From: Candidatus Woesearchaeota archaeon CG10_big_fil_rev_8_21_14_0_10_32_9
Lineage (GTDB): Archaea; Nanobdellota; Nanobdellia; Woesearchaeales; 21-14-0-10-32-9
Length of the DNA stretch: 43,526 nucleotides
Reading direction: 5' to 3'
NCBI GenBank assembly: GCA_002762915.1
Contig: PCYF01000015.1
Span: forward strand, 1-43,526
Part shown: piece after piece, positions 16,485 to 25,313 of the stretch
Position numbering within the stretch: position 1 is the stretch's first letter
Layout of the letters: the number at the start of each line of letters is the position of its first letter
Made by a program: the position numbers and the translations under genes
Notes under the pieces: generated by a model
Database searches by the model: none
Told to the model about the DNA's origin: nothing
What the model saw: only the letters and a program-made list of their open reading frames with translations

Positions 16485-17533
16485 TTAAAATGATGATTGA
16501 CAGAGAACAAACAGAGGATTTTTTAGAGGAGCTTGGCAAATCTTTCGTTCCGAATAAATATCGACCAACTCTTCGTTTATATTTAGCAAAAGGTGGACTT
16601 TACTCAGTTCCTTACAAGGCATTCACAATTCTTTTTTTCCTAGTGGTTGCGGGCACTGCTGCAATTTATTTTGGATTTAATATTTTCAGTTTTATCTCAG
16701 ATAATGCGCCCGTTGTAGTTGGAATATACGCATTTCTATTCTGGACTTTGTGCACCACAATTTTAACAATTGTAATTATGGCAGGATTTTACTTTTACAT
16801 AAACATGAAAATTTATGGAAGAATGAAAGATATTGAACTTGTTCTTCCTGATTATCTAATACTTGTATCAACTAATTTGAAAGGAGGTTTATCGTTTGAA
16901 CGTTCTTTGTGGTCTTCAATTAAACCTGAATTCGGAATTCTTGCAGATGAAATGAGTTATGTTTCAAAAAGAGTAATGACTGGAAGTGATCTTTCTGAAG
17001 CTTTAATGGAATTCTCACAGAAATATGATTCTCCTACTCTTAAAAGAACTCTTAGCATCATCGTTGGAGAACTTGAAAGTGGAGGTAAGATTGCGAGCGT
17101 TCTTGATCAATCCATTGATATTCTTAGAAAAACTAAATTAATCAAAGACGAAATGGCCGCTAATACTTTAATGTTCACAATTTTTATTGGTGCAATTGTT
17201 ATGGTTATTAGTCCGTTGCTTTTCGCTTTAGCATTTAATCTTCTTTCTATTTTAATTAATGTTATGACTCAAATTGCTCCCGCACTTCAGCAAGGAACAA
17301 GTAGTGTTCCGTTTAAATTTGAAGCTGGTTCGTTGAAGGTAGATGATTTTAAAGTTTTCTCCTCTTTAGCGTTGTCAATTATTTCCATCTTTGCATCCAT
17401 GATTCTTTCAATAATTCAAAGAGGAGATATTAAGAGCGGAGTTAGATATATTCCATTCTTCGTAGCTGTTGCAGTATTGTTATATCAATTCTTCTTAATA
17501 GTTCTAGGCGCAGTATTTACATCAATGATATAA
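16481..17533 (+). CDS. T2SSF-domain platform membrane protein, second half (TadC/EpdK-like)
   Basis: LPDYLILVSTNLKGGLSFERSLW...SDLSEALMEFSQKYDSP T2SSF domain plus multiple TM helices. GTG start overlaps the upstream stop (GTGA). Confidence 0.8.
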   Translation: MIKMMIDREQTEDFLEELGKSFVPNKYRPTLRLYLAKGGLYSVPYKAFTILFFLVVAGTAAIYFGFNIFSFISDNAPVVVGIYAFLFWTLCTTILTIVIMAGFYFYINMKIYGRMKDIELVLPDYLILVSTNLKGGLSFERSLWSSIKPEFGILADEMSYVSKRVMTGSDLSEALMEFSQKYDSPTLKRTLSIIVGELESGGKIASVLDQSIDILRKTKLIKDEMAANTLMFTIFIGAIVMVISPLLFALAFNLLSILINVMTQIAPALQQGTSSVPFKFEAGSLKVDDFKVFSSLALSIISIFASMILSIIQRGDIKSGVRYIPFFVAVAVLLYQFFLIVLGAVFTSMI

Positions 17534-17596
17534 GCACATTGAAATAATTAAAATGCACAACTTGAATTAAAAACTATTCTAGAAATTGATCTTTAA

Positions 17597-17679
17597 AATA
17601 AAAAAAATTCAAAAAAAGAAAAATAAGGATGCTCCCAGGTTTTGTTAGGGGAGGGTGGTTAGAGAAAACGGCTGGGAGC
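17597..17679 (-). terminator. hairpin plus oligo-T 3' end signal downstream of the 17699-18127 gene
   Basis: GCTCCCAG (17631-17638) pairs with CTGGGAGC (17672-17679). A second GTTTT/AAAAC helix lies inside. On the minus strand the hairpin is followed by ATTTTTCTTTTTTTGAATTTTTTTT. Confidence 0.4.
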
Positions 17680-17698
17680 CCTCAACGTGATTTGTGAT

Positions 17699-18127
17699 TT
17701 ATTTTTTTTGTTCTGTCGTCTTTATGCTAAACGCTTTCGGTGGCCTTCTTAGTTCTTGTAGCCACATTAGTCCTATTCTCATCATGTCTTTGTTAAACTT
17801 CTCACTTAACTTGTACGTTTTCTTGTACAAATCGTAATCTATTATTCCCATTGTTTTCATAGGTGTGAGTATTCTGTCATAAAATTGTCTTTTGTTGTAA
17901 GATATTACAACCGGTTTTTTTCTTAAGGGAGAAGGATCCTTTGATTCTAGAGTTACTCCGTCGTGGAGTGCTGTTGCGAACATACTCATTTCTGTTTTTC
18001 CTATTTCTCCGCCACGAGTTTTCATCTCTTCCATCAACATATTTGCAACTACTACTTGTTGATTCGTGGAGAAAATTATTTCGAAGATGTTCTCAGGCAT
18101 ATTGTATTGGTCAAATAGGATAACCAT
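17699..18127 (-). CDS. hypothetical protein, possible C-terminal winged helix
   Basis: ATG 18125-18127 lies 28 nt downstream of the minus-strand TATA tatttatata (18151-18160). The track GTG start 18211 would place the promoter inside the CDS. Confidence 0.45.
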   Translation of the reverse strand: MVILFDQYNMPENIFEIIFSTNQQVVVANMLMEEMKTRGGEIGKTEMSMFATALHDGVTLESKDPSPLRKKPVVISYNKRQFYDRILTPMKTMGIIDYDLYKKTYKLSEKFNKDMMRIGLMWLQELRRPPKAFSIKTTEQKK

Positions 18128-18223
18128 GTTATACACAAAAGCGGAACTGATATATAAATATTTCGATTTGTATACCTTTTTGTATACCAATGCCCATATG
18201 CCCACCACCACTTTATTAAGAAA

Positions 18224-18233
18224 ATTATATAAA
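18224..18233 (+). promoter_or_regulatory. TATA-like box for the LmbE paralog gene
   Basis: attatataaa centred 29 nt upstream of ATG 18257. Confidence 0.3.
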
Positions 18234-18256
18234 TATCAAGTAACTACTAAAAAGAG

Positions 18257-18958
18257 ATGAATAACACTAAAACTGATTTTATGGCTACACCGATACTTCA
18301 ATTTCCTTCAAATATTCTTGCAATATTTGCTCATGCAGATGATGAAATGAATGCCGCAGGAACATTAATGAAAAATCAAGACTATGGAGGCACATCAAAG
18401 ATAATTTGTTGGGATGGTGGAGCAGAAAATACACACAGGCAAGAAGAAATGGCTGAAGCCGCAAAAGTTCTTAATATTAAATATGATTTACTGAAAATAC
18501 CATATCCTGATTACGACAAAGATTATTGGGAAAGAGAATTAGATTTAGTTCAACGCATAATTTCATTTAAACCAGATGTTATAATAACTCATCGTGGTGA
18601 TGATGATTATCATGTACATCACAGATACCTATACAACATCGTAAAGAATGCAGCAAGAAAAGCAGCAGTCCCAAAAGATGGCTGGTTGACAAGAGGACTT
18701 TTACTCACAGAAAATCACTCACTTCATCAAGAATATCATGTAGCTGTAGATATAACTGAATATGTAGAAAAAATAATTGAAGCACAATCAAAACACAAAT
18801 CACAAAATGTAAAAAATGATAATTTTTATGTTGATATGATCAGCAAAAAAGCAGAATACAGAGGATTTCAAACAGGTTGCAAATTTGCAGAAGTGTTTAA
18901 ATTTGAACCAACACCAATAGTTGGAAACGTATTCAAAAATAAAAAATATGCTTTATAA
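18257..18958 (+). CDS. PIG-L/LmbE-family de-N-acetylase (paralog 2)
   Basis: ILAIFAHADDEMNAAG (AHxDDE motif) and a downstream His cluster DDYHVHHRY. Confidence 0.8.
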   Translation: MNNTKTDFMATPILQFPSNILAIFAHADDEMNAAGTLMKNQDYGGTSKIICWDGGAENTHRQEEMAEAAKVLNIKYDLLKIPYPDYDKDYWERELDLVQRIISFKPDVIITHRGDDDYHVHHRYLYNIVKNAARKAAVPKDGWLTRGLLLTENHSLHQEYHVAVDITEYVEKIIEAQSKHKSQNVKNDNFYVDMISKKAEYRGFQTGCKFAEVFKFEPTPIVGNVFKNKKYAL

Positions 18959-18969
18959 TTACAAAATTT

Positions 18970-20118
18970 TTATTTTTTTATCTTCAATAATAAATTGCCA
19001 CTTTTTTCTGCTTCTGTAAACATAGAAGAATCGGCAGAATCATAAATTGATCTAACACCATTATTTAACATAAATTCAACTTCTTCTTTAGTTACTAGTC
19101 CTTGTTCAAGTGAAACATCTATCAGCCTATCTGATACCCAGAATTTATTTAGTTGATAAGGCTTATTAAGTAAATGATCATATTTTTTATTATTTTGATC
19201 CAAGTACATAATTGCTGGCAAATTCAATCCAAATAGAGTATCTAAAAATAAATTAGCACTCGTTCTTAAATTTGCTTCATAAAAATATTTTTTATTATCT
19301 TCTGAACTTATCTTCAGATTTAAATCAACCGCGCCATTAAAATCTATTAAATTAGAAAAATTTTCCGTCGGTTCTAATAAATCTTCAAACCAATCAGATT
19401 TATCCACTGAACTTAATAAAGTCACAAGTCCATCCTCTTTATAATTAACACCATATCTTAACATGCCACCAATATAAGTCTTTCCAGAATTAGATTTATA
19501 GAAATGAACTTCTATTTGATTATCAAATGATCCGGGAATAAATTGTTCAACTTCCATATCCCCATATTTATCCAATAAATAATTTCTTTTTTCTTTAATT
19601 TCTTTTTTTCCATTCAACACAAACATGTCTGATTTTGATCTACCTATGCTGTGTGTTGGTTTTAAAATTACTGGAAAATCAAAATTTGAAACTGCCTCAT
19701 CAGATAAAGCTGAATGTATTGGAACTTCGAATCCTGATTTCTTTGCGTAACTTAAAATATTTCTTTTATCAATAATATTTCTTACATCTTCTGTTCTAGA
19801 ATTAGGGACAATAAAATATTTAGAAAGAACTTCAGAAAATTCTTGGGCTATTGCTAAATATGTATCGCTTGTACAAAAAATAATTCCTTTATTATTTTGA
19901 GATTCGCCAAACTTCACCAGGTGTTCAATAAATGAATCTTTATCTTTCAAAATCTTTTTTATGTCAAGATTTTTTGAATAAAATGCATGAGGATATTTTC
20001 CCTCAATGTGAAATCCTGCAACAGGTATTTTTTCTAGAGCTAAACTTCTTACAACACCAACAGCATTTTCTGAAGATAAATCTAAAATAACTGCATAGTC
20101 TTTATCATTTTTTACCAT
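18970..20118 (-). CDS. ATP-grasp family carboxylate-amine ligase (COG3919-like)
   Basis: FPVILKPTHSIGRSK (ATP-binding Lys), MEVEQFIPG hinge, FYEANLRTSAN (E-x-N catalytic loop). The start overlaps the upstream LmbE gene by 14 nt. Confidence 0.7.
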   Translation of the reverse strand: MVKNDKDYAVILDLSSENAVGVVRSLALEKIPVAGFHIEGKYPHAFYSKNLDIKKILKDKDSFIEHLVKFGESQNNKGIIFCTSDTYLAIAQEFSEVLSKYFIVPNSRTEDVRNIIDKRNILSYAKKSGFEVPIHSALSDEAVSNFDFPVILKPTHSIGRSKSDMFVLNGKKEIKEKRNYLLDKYGDMEVEQFIPGSFDNQIEVHFYKSNSGKTYIGGMLRYGVNYKEDGLVTLLSSVDKSDWFEDLLEPTENFSNLIDFNGAVDLNLKISSEDNKKYFYEANLRTSANLFLDTLFGLNLPAIMYLDQNNKKYDHLLNKPYQLNKFWVSDRLIDVSLEQGLVTKEEVEFMLNNGVRSIYDSADSSMFTEAEKSGNLLLKIKK

Positions 20119-20794
20119 AAGAAATTACATCCTCGCTATTTTTTATTAATCTATTTTCACAATAAAAATTTCCGTGTACAGGCAAAATAATTTCATTACA
20201 AGCTTCAGCATATTTACATCCACCCATCACTCCTCTTAACTCAGCCAATTTTATTGCCAAATCAGTGTAATAATTTTTTTTGTATGCAGAACTTAGTTGA
20301 GAAACGTGCTGTTTCAAAGATAATAATTTGTAAGAGAACTCATCAGTAATATCAATAATTAAATCTGGATACGGAAGAAGATTATTATCCTCAAAAGTTA
20401 ATATTTTTTTTACTAACCACGCTTTATCAACTTCTCCATGCGATGCAAACTCAGCTGCAAGTCTGACAAGTTCATTTAAAACTTTATGATCAGGATGATA
20501 ATCATAAGAACTCATGGTAATCAAAATTTCTGGTTTAAATTTCACTATTATTTCTTTTAATCGTTTTATTTCTTTTTCTTGAGACAAACTAGTTTTAAGA
20601 CTTAAATCTTTGAATCCTAAAAGAATACATTTAGCTCCAAGAACGTTACAACTATTTTTTAATTCTATTTCACGTTGTTTTCTTCCTGTATAACAAACAA
20701 TTAAGACTTTTCCTCCTGAATTAGTTACTTTCTTAATGAATCCTGCAAAACAAGTTTCATCATCAGGATGTGCTATTACTGCTAATACATTCAT
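20105..20794 (-). CDS. PIG-L/LmbE-family de-N-acetylase (paralog 1, BshB/MshB-like)
   Basis: VLAVIAHPDDETCFAG and YDYHPDHKV zinc-binding motifs. 6-nt gap from the upstream GT4 gene. Confidence 0.85.
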   Translation of the reverse strand: MNVLAVIAHPDDETCFAGFIKKVTNSGGKVLIVCYTGRKQREIELKNSCNVLGAKCILLGFKDLSLKTSLSQEKEIKRLKEIIVKFKPEILITMSSYDYHPDHKVLNELVRLAAEFASHGEVDKAWLVKKILTFEDNNLLPYPDLIIDITDEFSYKLLSLKQHVSQLSSAYKKNYYTDLAIKLAELRGVMGGCKYAEACNEIILPVHGNFYCENRLIKNSEDVISYGKK

Positions 20795-20800
20795 GTAACA

Positions 20801-22006
20801 TCAACTCTGAGTATTATTAATTAAGGAATAATACAATTGCTCATATGCATCTCCTATATTCTTTCTTGAAAATTTAGAATTTAGAATTTTGTATCCTTCT
20901 TCTCCCATGCTAAGTCGTTTATTCTTATCTGTTGCTAGTTCTACCATATAATTAGAGAATGAATCCAAATCTCCCAATTCGAAGAGATATCCATTTAAAC
21001 CGTGAACAACGGCCTCAGCTATACCTCCAGCATTGGATGCAATTATAGGTTTCATAACAGCCATTGCTTCTAAATTAACTAAAGGACATGCTTCTGATAA
21101 AGACGGTAATAAGTGTATGTCTCCTGCATGAATATATCTTGGCATAAGTTCATATTGTATTACGTCTGTGAATTTTACTCTATTTTCTAAACCATATTTT
21201 GAGACTAATGATTGAGTTTGTGTTTTTTCAGGACCTGTTCCAAAAAAAAGCAATTGAGCAGTTTCTGGAAAATCAGGATTTTTTGTTGCCACATTAAACG
21301 CTTCAACAATAGAAGGAGTATTTTTTACTCTTCTAAAATTAGAAGTGTGGTAAAAAACTAAAGCATCATTTGGAATTCCTAATTCCTCTCTGACTTTTAC
21401 TCTTAAACTTCCATCAAAATCAGGTTTAAATTCAGTTTCATCAATAAAATTGTTAATAACTTTACCTTTTTCAAAATTAAATAATTTCTTTGCTTGATCT
21501 TGAAGTTCATGAGATACAAATGTTAAATAATCTGCTTGAGATAATTTAAGTCTCAAAGCGGGACCTATAGCACTTTTATATCCATTTATACTAATATCTG
21601 TTCCGTGACAAGTTATTATTGCTTTCGGATCTGAATCATACTTTAATATGTGTTTATCCATCTTTATTATATCTCGTCCGTCTACTACTGCTTCTCCGTG
21701 TTGAATAGCGTAATGTGCGTGTAAGATATCTATTTTTAATTCATTTGCAAGATTTCTTATTGTACTAGGAAAAATTAAACCAGTTGGAGGAACTTTGAAA
21801 GAATCGTAACCTATCTCCGCAACGGGGTGAAGTTTCAATAATTTACTTTCATCTTCGCTAAGATATGTATCTGGATAACTTACTATATGAACATCATGAC
21901 CTCGTCTAGCTAGTTCTTTACCTATTTCCAATCCTACTTTTCCACTTCCCCCCAAATGAGGTCTAGCGTAAAGTACTTTTACAATAGTTAATTTCTTACC
22001 CATCAT
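20801..22006 (-). CDS. GT4 retaining glycosyltransferase, BshA/MshA/PIG-A-like
   Basis: LGGSGKVGLEIGKELARRGHDVHIV, HAHYA, CHGTDI, NFID, SNFRRVKN, GTGPE, YGLE and NLEAMA follow the motif order I recall for B. subtilis BshA. Includes the GT-B EX7E-region. Confidence 0.8.
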   Translation of the reverse strand: MMGKKLTIVKVLYARPHLGGSGKVGLEIGKELARRGHDVHIVSYPDTYLSEDESKLLKLHPVAEIGYDSFKVPPTGLIFPSTIRNLANELKIDILHAHYAIQHGEAVVDGRDIIKMDKHILKYDSDPKAIITCHGTDISINGYKSAIGPALRLKLSQADYLTFVSHELQDQAKKLFNFEKGKVINNFIDETEFKPDFDGSLRVKVREELGIPNDALVFYHTSNFRRVKNTPSIVEAFNVATKNPDFPETAQLLFFGTGPEKTQTQSLVSKYGLENRVKFTDVIQYELMPRYIHAGDIHLLPSLSEACPLVNLEAMAVMKPIIASNAGGIAEAVVHGLNGYLFELGDLDSFSNYMVELATDKNKRLSMGEEGYKILNSKFSRKNIGDAYEQLYYSLINNTQS

Positions 22007-22116
22007 TTTTTATTTCCCCCATTTAAAAAAATTTAATCAACAATACGTATTCACTCCTCAGTGATTACGATTTGCTTTAGCGAACTCTTCCACCTATATA
22101 AATATTATGAAAAAAA

Positions 22117-22794
22117 CTAATTTATTAAAACTGGATCAGAATATACTTTCAAGTTCATTCTAGGTATTGAGTACTTTCCTTGAATTTCTCTATTTTTAGC
22201 TAGTGTGTCAGATACAGTATTATTAACAAACCTGTTTGCATAAGTTCTCAATACAGATGAACTTTCTAAATTCTGATCTTGACCCATAACATCTGTAAGC
22301 GCACCCATAACTTCTTCTTTACTAAGTGCAAGAGTCGAATTTTTCACAGCAAAATCATATGCTGTTTTTACCTTTGTCACCAAAGTATCATCATAGGAAT
22401 TTTCAGAAAAATATTTGTTTACATTTTCTGAAACTTGCTTTTGCAAAGCAGTCATCAACAAAAATCTTGCCTGTTCAGAGTCTAAAGAACTAGCTTCAAT
22501 TAAATCATCAATTGATCCATTATTTTTTTGAGCAGATTTCCCAGCCACGACATTTCTACCAAAGTAATCTTTAACTTGAGAAGCAGTTTTTTTTACCAAA
22601 GAATATAACTCCTTGAATGCTTCAGAATATCCTGTTATAATATCGCCAACAAAAGTTCTATTTTGTGCAGCAAACTCTTTTTGAATAGACCAATCAAGAG
22701 AACCATCATTTTGCAAATATAAGTGTCCTTTTGGAGAATAATCTTCATAAAAATCTGTGGCGATGTCGGTTTGCACTTGGTTCATTTTTTTCAC
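22117..22794 (-). CDS. hypothetical soluble protein
   Basis: 225-aa ORF with an AGGTGA RBS before the ATG. No motif recognised. Co-oriented with and 110 nt upstream of the GT4 gene. Confidence 0.5.
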   Translation of the reverse strand: MKKMNQVQTDIATDFYEDYSPKGHLYLQNDGSLDWSIQKEFAAQNRTFVGDIITGYSEAFKELYSLVKKTASQVKDYFGRNVVAGKSAQKNNGSIDDLIEASSLDSEQARFLLMTALQKQVSENVNKYFSENSYDDTLVTKVKTAYDFAVKNSTLALSKEEVMGALTDVMGQDQNLESSSVLRTYANRFVNNTVSDTLAKNREIQGKYSIPRMNLKVYSDPVLIN

Positions 22795-23074
22795 CTAATC
22801 TGGATTAATTTGCCTTAACTGAGTTTTTTTGAATAAAAACATAAGGTTTAATGCATTTGCAGAGTATAAAGAACTATATAAATATTTCTATGGCTCAATA
22901 ATATAGCATTAATGACGGTATTTCACTAAAAGAAGACTCTGCAAGCTTTTTTTTCAAGTTTAAAGTCCGCTAATGCTTATCAAACACCAATAAATGCTTC
23001 AATATATCTTTAAAAAAATTGTTCCAAAACCTCGTACAAGAAATATTTATAAAAAAAACTCAATTCGAAAATAC

Positions 23075-23680
23075 ATGAAAATATTAGCATTTACGGACCT
23101 TCATGAAGATTATGAATTTATGGAAGGATTAAAACAAAAAGCAAAAGAAGTTGATTTCATACTTTGTGCAGGAGATATTTCTGTTTATGAAACAAATTTA
23201 GCAGAAATACTTAGTCTTCTTGATGAATTAAACAAACCAATTTATATTCTACATGGAAACCATGAGGAGGCTCACGATTTGGCTAAAGCTTGTATGAGTA
23301 CAAAAAACATAAAGTTTGTCGATAAGCAAATTTTAAGATTTAAGGATGTAGTTATTGTTTGTCATGGTGGCGGAGGATTTTATTACGGCCCATCAAAAGA
23401 AGATAAAGAATTTGAGAGTCTTCAGTCAATTTTTGAGGATGCAATCAAATCATCTAAATACAGCATACTTATGACTCATGCTCCTCCTCTAAAAACAAAA
23501 CTAGATATTATTTGGTCAGGCAAACATGTAGGAAGTAAAGCATATAGAAATTTCATTAAAAGAGTTCAACCAACGATAGCAATTTCTGGACATATTCACG
23601 AAGCGTCAGGAGTTCAAGACACTTTAGGAAAAACACTACTAGTAAATCCAGGTCCTGAAGGAATCATAATAGAAATTTAA
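23075..23680 (+). CDS. calcineurin-like metallophosphoesterase
   Basis: MKILAFTDLHED, CAGDIS, GNHE, HGGGG, THAPP and GHIHE motif series. Start moved to ATG 23075, where the conserved fold begins. Confidence 0.8.
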   Translation: MKILAFTDLHEDYEFMEGLKQKAKEVDFILCAGDISVYETNLAEILSLLDELNKPIYILHGNHEEAHDLAKACMSTKNIKFVDKQILRFKDVVIVCHGGGGFYYGPSKEDKEFESLQSIFEDAIKSSKYSILMTHAPPLKTKLDIIWSGKHVGSKAYRNFIKRVQPTIAISGHIHEASGVQDTLGKTLLVNPGPEGIIIEI

Positions 23681-24840
23681 CATCCATCATCATTTGAATC
23701 TTTAGAAGAATCATCTTTGTTTTCTTTCCAAAACTCCAGTTCTTCTGTTTCTTCGTTAACGTATATTCCTTTCTTTTTTTCAACTTCTTCTTTTATTTTT
23801 CTTCCTGAAATTCCTACAGAAGGAGTTTTTTTAACAAAATCTAAAGATGTAAAGTTTTTTTCAGAATTAATTAATTTTTCCCATTTTTCAAAGTCAATCC
23901 ATGTTTTCCATTCTCCATCAACAAAGAATTTTTTCTTAGCAAGTAAAACGACTCTTGAAGGAATATGTTCAGAAATTAATTCGTAATCTGGAAGAAATTT
24001 CAAAATTTTTTTAGAAAAAGCAACTACATCCTCGTGCCAAGGCATATTATCTTTATTTAATCTTTGTCTTGAGTCTCCTACAAACATGTATCCTTTTACT
24101 TCAACAAAATCAGGATCTCCGAGTTGAATAAGTTGCGCATAGTTTTCAGGTTCAACATCATTCAAACTATTAACTATTGTTAATCTTATACAAGTTCTTT
24201 CTTTTTTTTGAGAAAGAAATTCCAAACTTTTAAGCATTCTTTCCCAGTAATCTGAAAATAAGGGCAGATCTATTTTTTTCAACAAGTCCTTATTAGGCGC
24301 ATCGACACTACAGTATAGCTGTGTGACTGGATTCAGATCGCGAATCTGCTCGGGATATTGAGCATTTGTTACCATGAATGTTGAAATTCCTCTTCCATTA
24401 AACAATTTGAGTAATTCATTTATTCTTGGATAAATTATTGGTTCTCCTGTTAATGATAGCGCAACATGTTTTACTGTGTTAGATTGTTGAAATAATTGTT
24501 GATTAGTTTTTGAATTTCCTTTGTAGCCTACAAGCAAATCGTAGTGTTCTTCTAGACTTTTGTTCAAAATCATTTCTGGATCATCAACAGCCCATCCCCA
24601 TTCTTTAGAAACTGGTGCTTTGTATCCTCTCCAGCAAAAAGTACACCTATTTGCACAAGAGATTGATGTTGTCATTTGTAAACATTGATGACTCATTATT
24701 CCGTAGAATTTTAATTTGTAACAGCCACCTTCTCCTTTCACCATTTTTTTGGTCCAGCCACAAGTTTTTACAGCACTATGTGTTCCAATTATTCTGTAAG
24801 ATTGCTTTTCTAAGGCTTTTTTTGCTGTTTCTGTTAGCAT
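23677..24840 (-). CDS. taw1: radical-SAM 4-demethylwyosine synthase (TYW1/Taw1)
   Basis: CANRCTFCWR CxxxCxxC cluster, an upstream Cys-rich region (AVKTCGWTKK...GGCYK) and a TYW1-type C-terminal domain. Start moved to ATG 24838-24840 (MLTETAKKALEKQSYR), which removes the overlap with the divergent PIN gene. Confidence 0.85.
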   Translation of the reverse strand: MLTETAKKALEKQSYRIIGTHSAVKTCGWTKKMVKGEGGCYKLKFYGIMSHQCLQMTTSISCANRCTFCWRGYKAPVSKEWGWAVDDPEMILNKSLEEHYDLLVGYKGNSKTNQQLFQQSNTVKHVALSLTGEPIIYPRINELLKLFNGRGISTFMVTNAQYPEQIRDLNPVTQLYCSVDAPNKDLLKKIDLPLFSDYWERMLKSLEFLSQKKERTCIRLTIVNSLNDVEPENYAQLIQLGDPDFVEVKGYMFVGDSRQRLNKDNMPWHEDVVAFSKKILKFLPDYELISEHIPSRVVLLAKKKFFVDGEWKTWIDFEKWEKLINSEKNFTSLDFVKKTPSVGISGRKIKEEVEKKKGIYVNEETEELEFWKENKDDSSKDSNDDGC

Positions 24841-24892
24841 GTTTTGAGTAAAATGAAAAGCAATAAAAAGATTTGGATTAATCTTTAATACA

Positions 24893-25309
24893 ATGATGAA
24901 TTTTCTAAATAATAAAACTAAAGTTATTCTCGACACTAATTTTGTGCTCATCCCGGGAGAATTAGGTGTAGACATCTTTACAGAACTACATTATTTACTA
25001 AGTGAGCCATATGATTTGTTCATTTTAGATAAAAGCGAGGAAGAATTAAAGACAATTATTCAAAGAGAAGGTAAACGTAAGTCTGGATTTTACGCAAAAT
25101 TGGGTTTAATCCTTATAAAACAAAAAAACTTAAAAACACTCAGCAGTTCCACTTCTAAATACGCTGACGAAGCTCTGCTAGATTTAGCTCAAAAGAACCC
25201 TGAGAAGACCATTATTGCAACTCAGGACAAAAACTTAAGACTGAAACTCAAAAAAGTAGGAGCTAGAGTCATTCAGCTTAGACAAAAAAAACATCTGACT
25301 TTGGGGTGA
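24893..25309 (+). CDS. PIN-domain protein, Fcf1/Utp24-like
   Basis: VILDTNFVLIPGELGVDIF...TQDKNLRLKLKKVGARVI. Sits in the position conserved in archaea immediately upstream of rpo7. Confidence 0.75.
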   Translation: MMNFLNNKTKVILDTNFVLIPGELGVDIFTELHYLLSEPYDLFILDKSEEELKTIIQREGKRKSGFYAKLGLILIKQKNLKTLSSSTSKYADEALLDLAQKNPEKTIIATQDKNLRLKLKKVGARVIQLRQKKHLTLG

Positions 25310-25313
25310 ATAA

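Noticed and set aside
17631-17679. GC-rich hairpin as a stand-alone H/ACA or C/D box sRNA.
   Set aside because: There is no ACA box at the right distance and no C (RUGAUGA) or D (CUGA) boxes. On the minus strand it is followed by long T-runs directly after a stop codon, so a terminator role explains it better.
24893-25309. PIN-domain protein as a VapC-type toxin of a toxin-antitoxin pair.
   Set aside because: There is no adjacent small antitoxin gene. It occupies the conserved archaeal Fcf1-like slot immediately upstream of rpo7-spt4-eS24-eS31.
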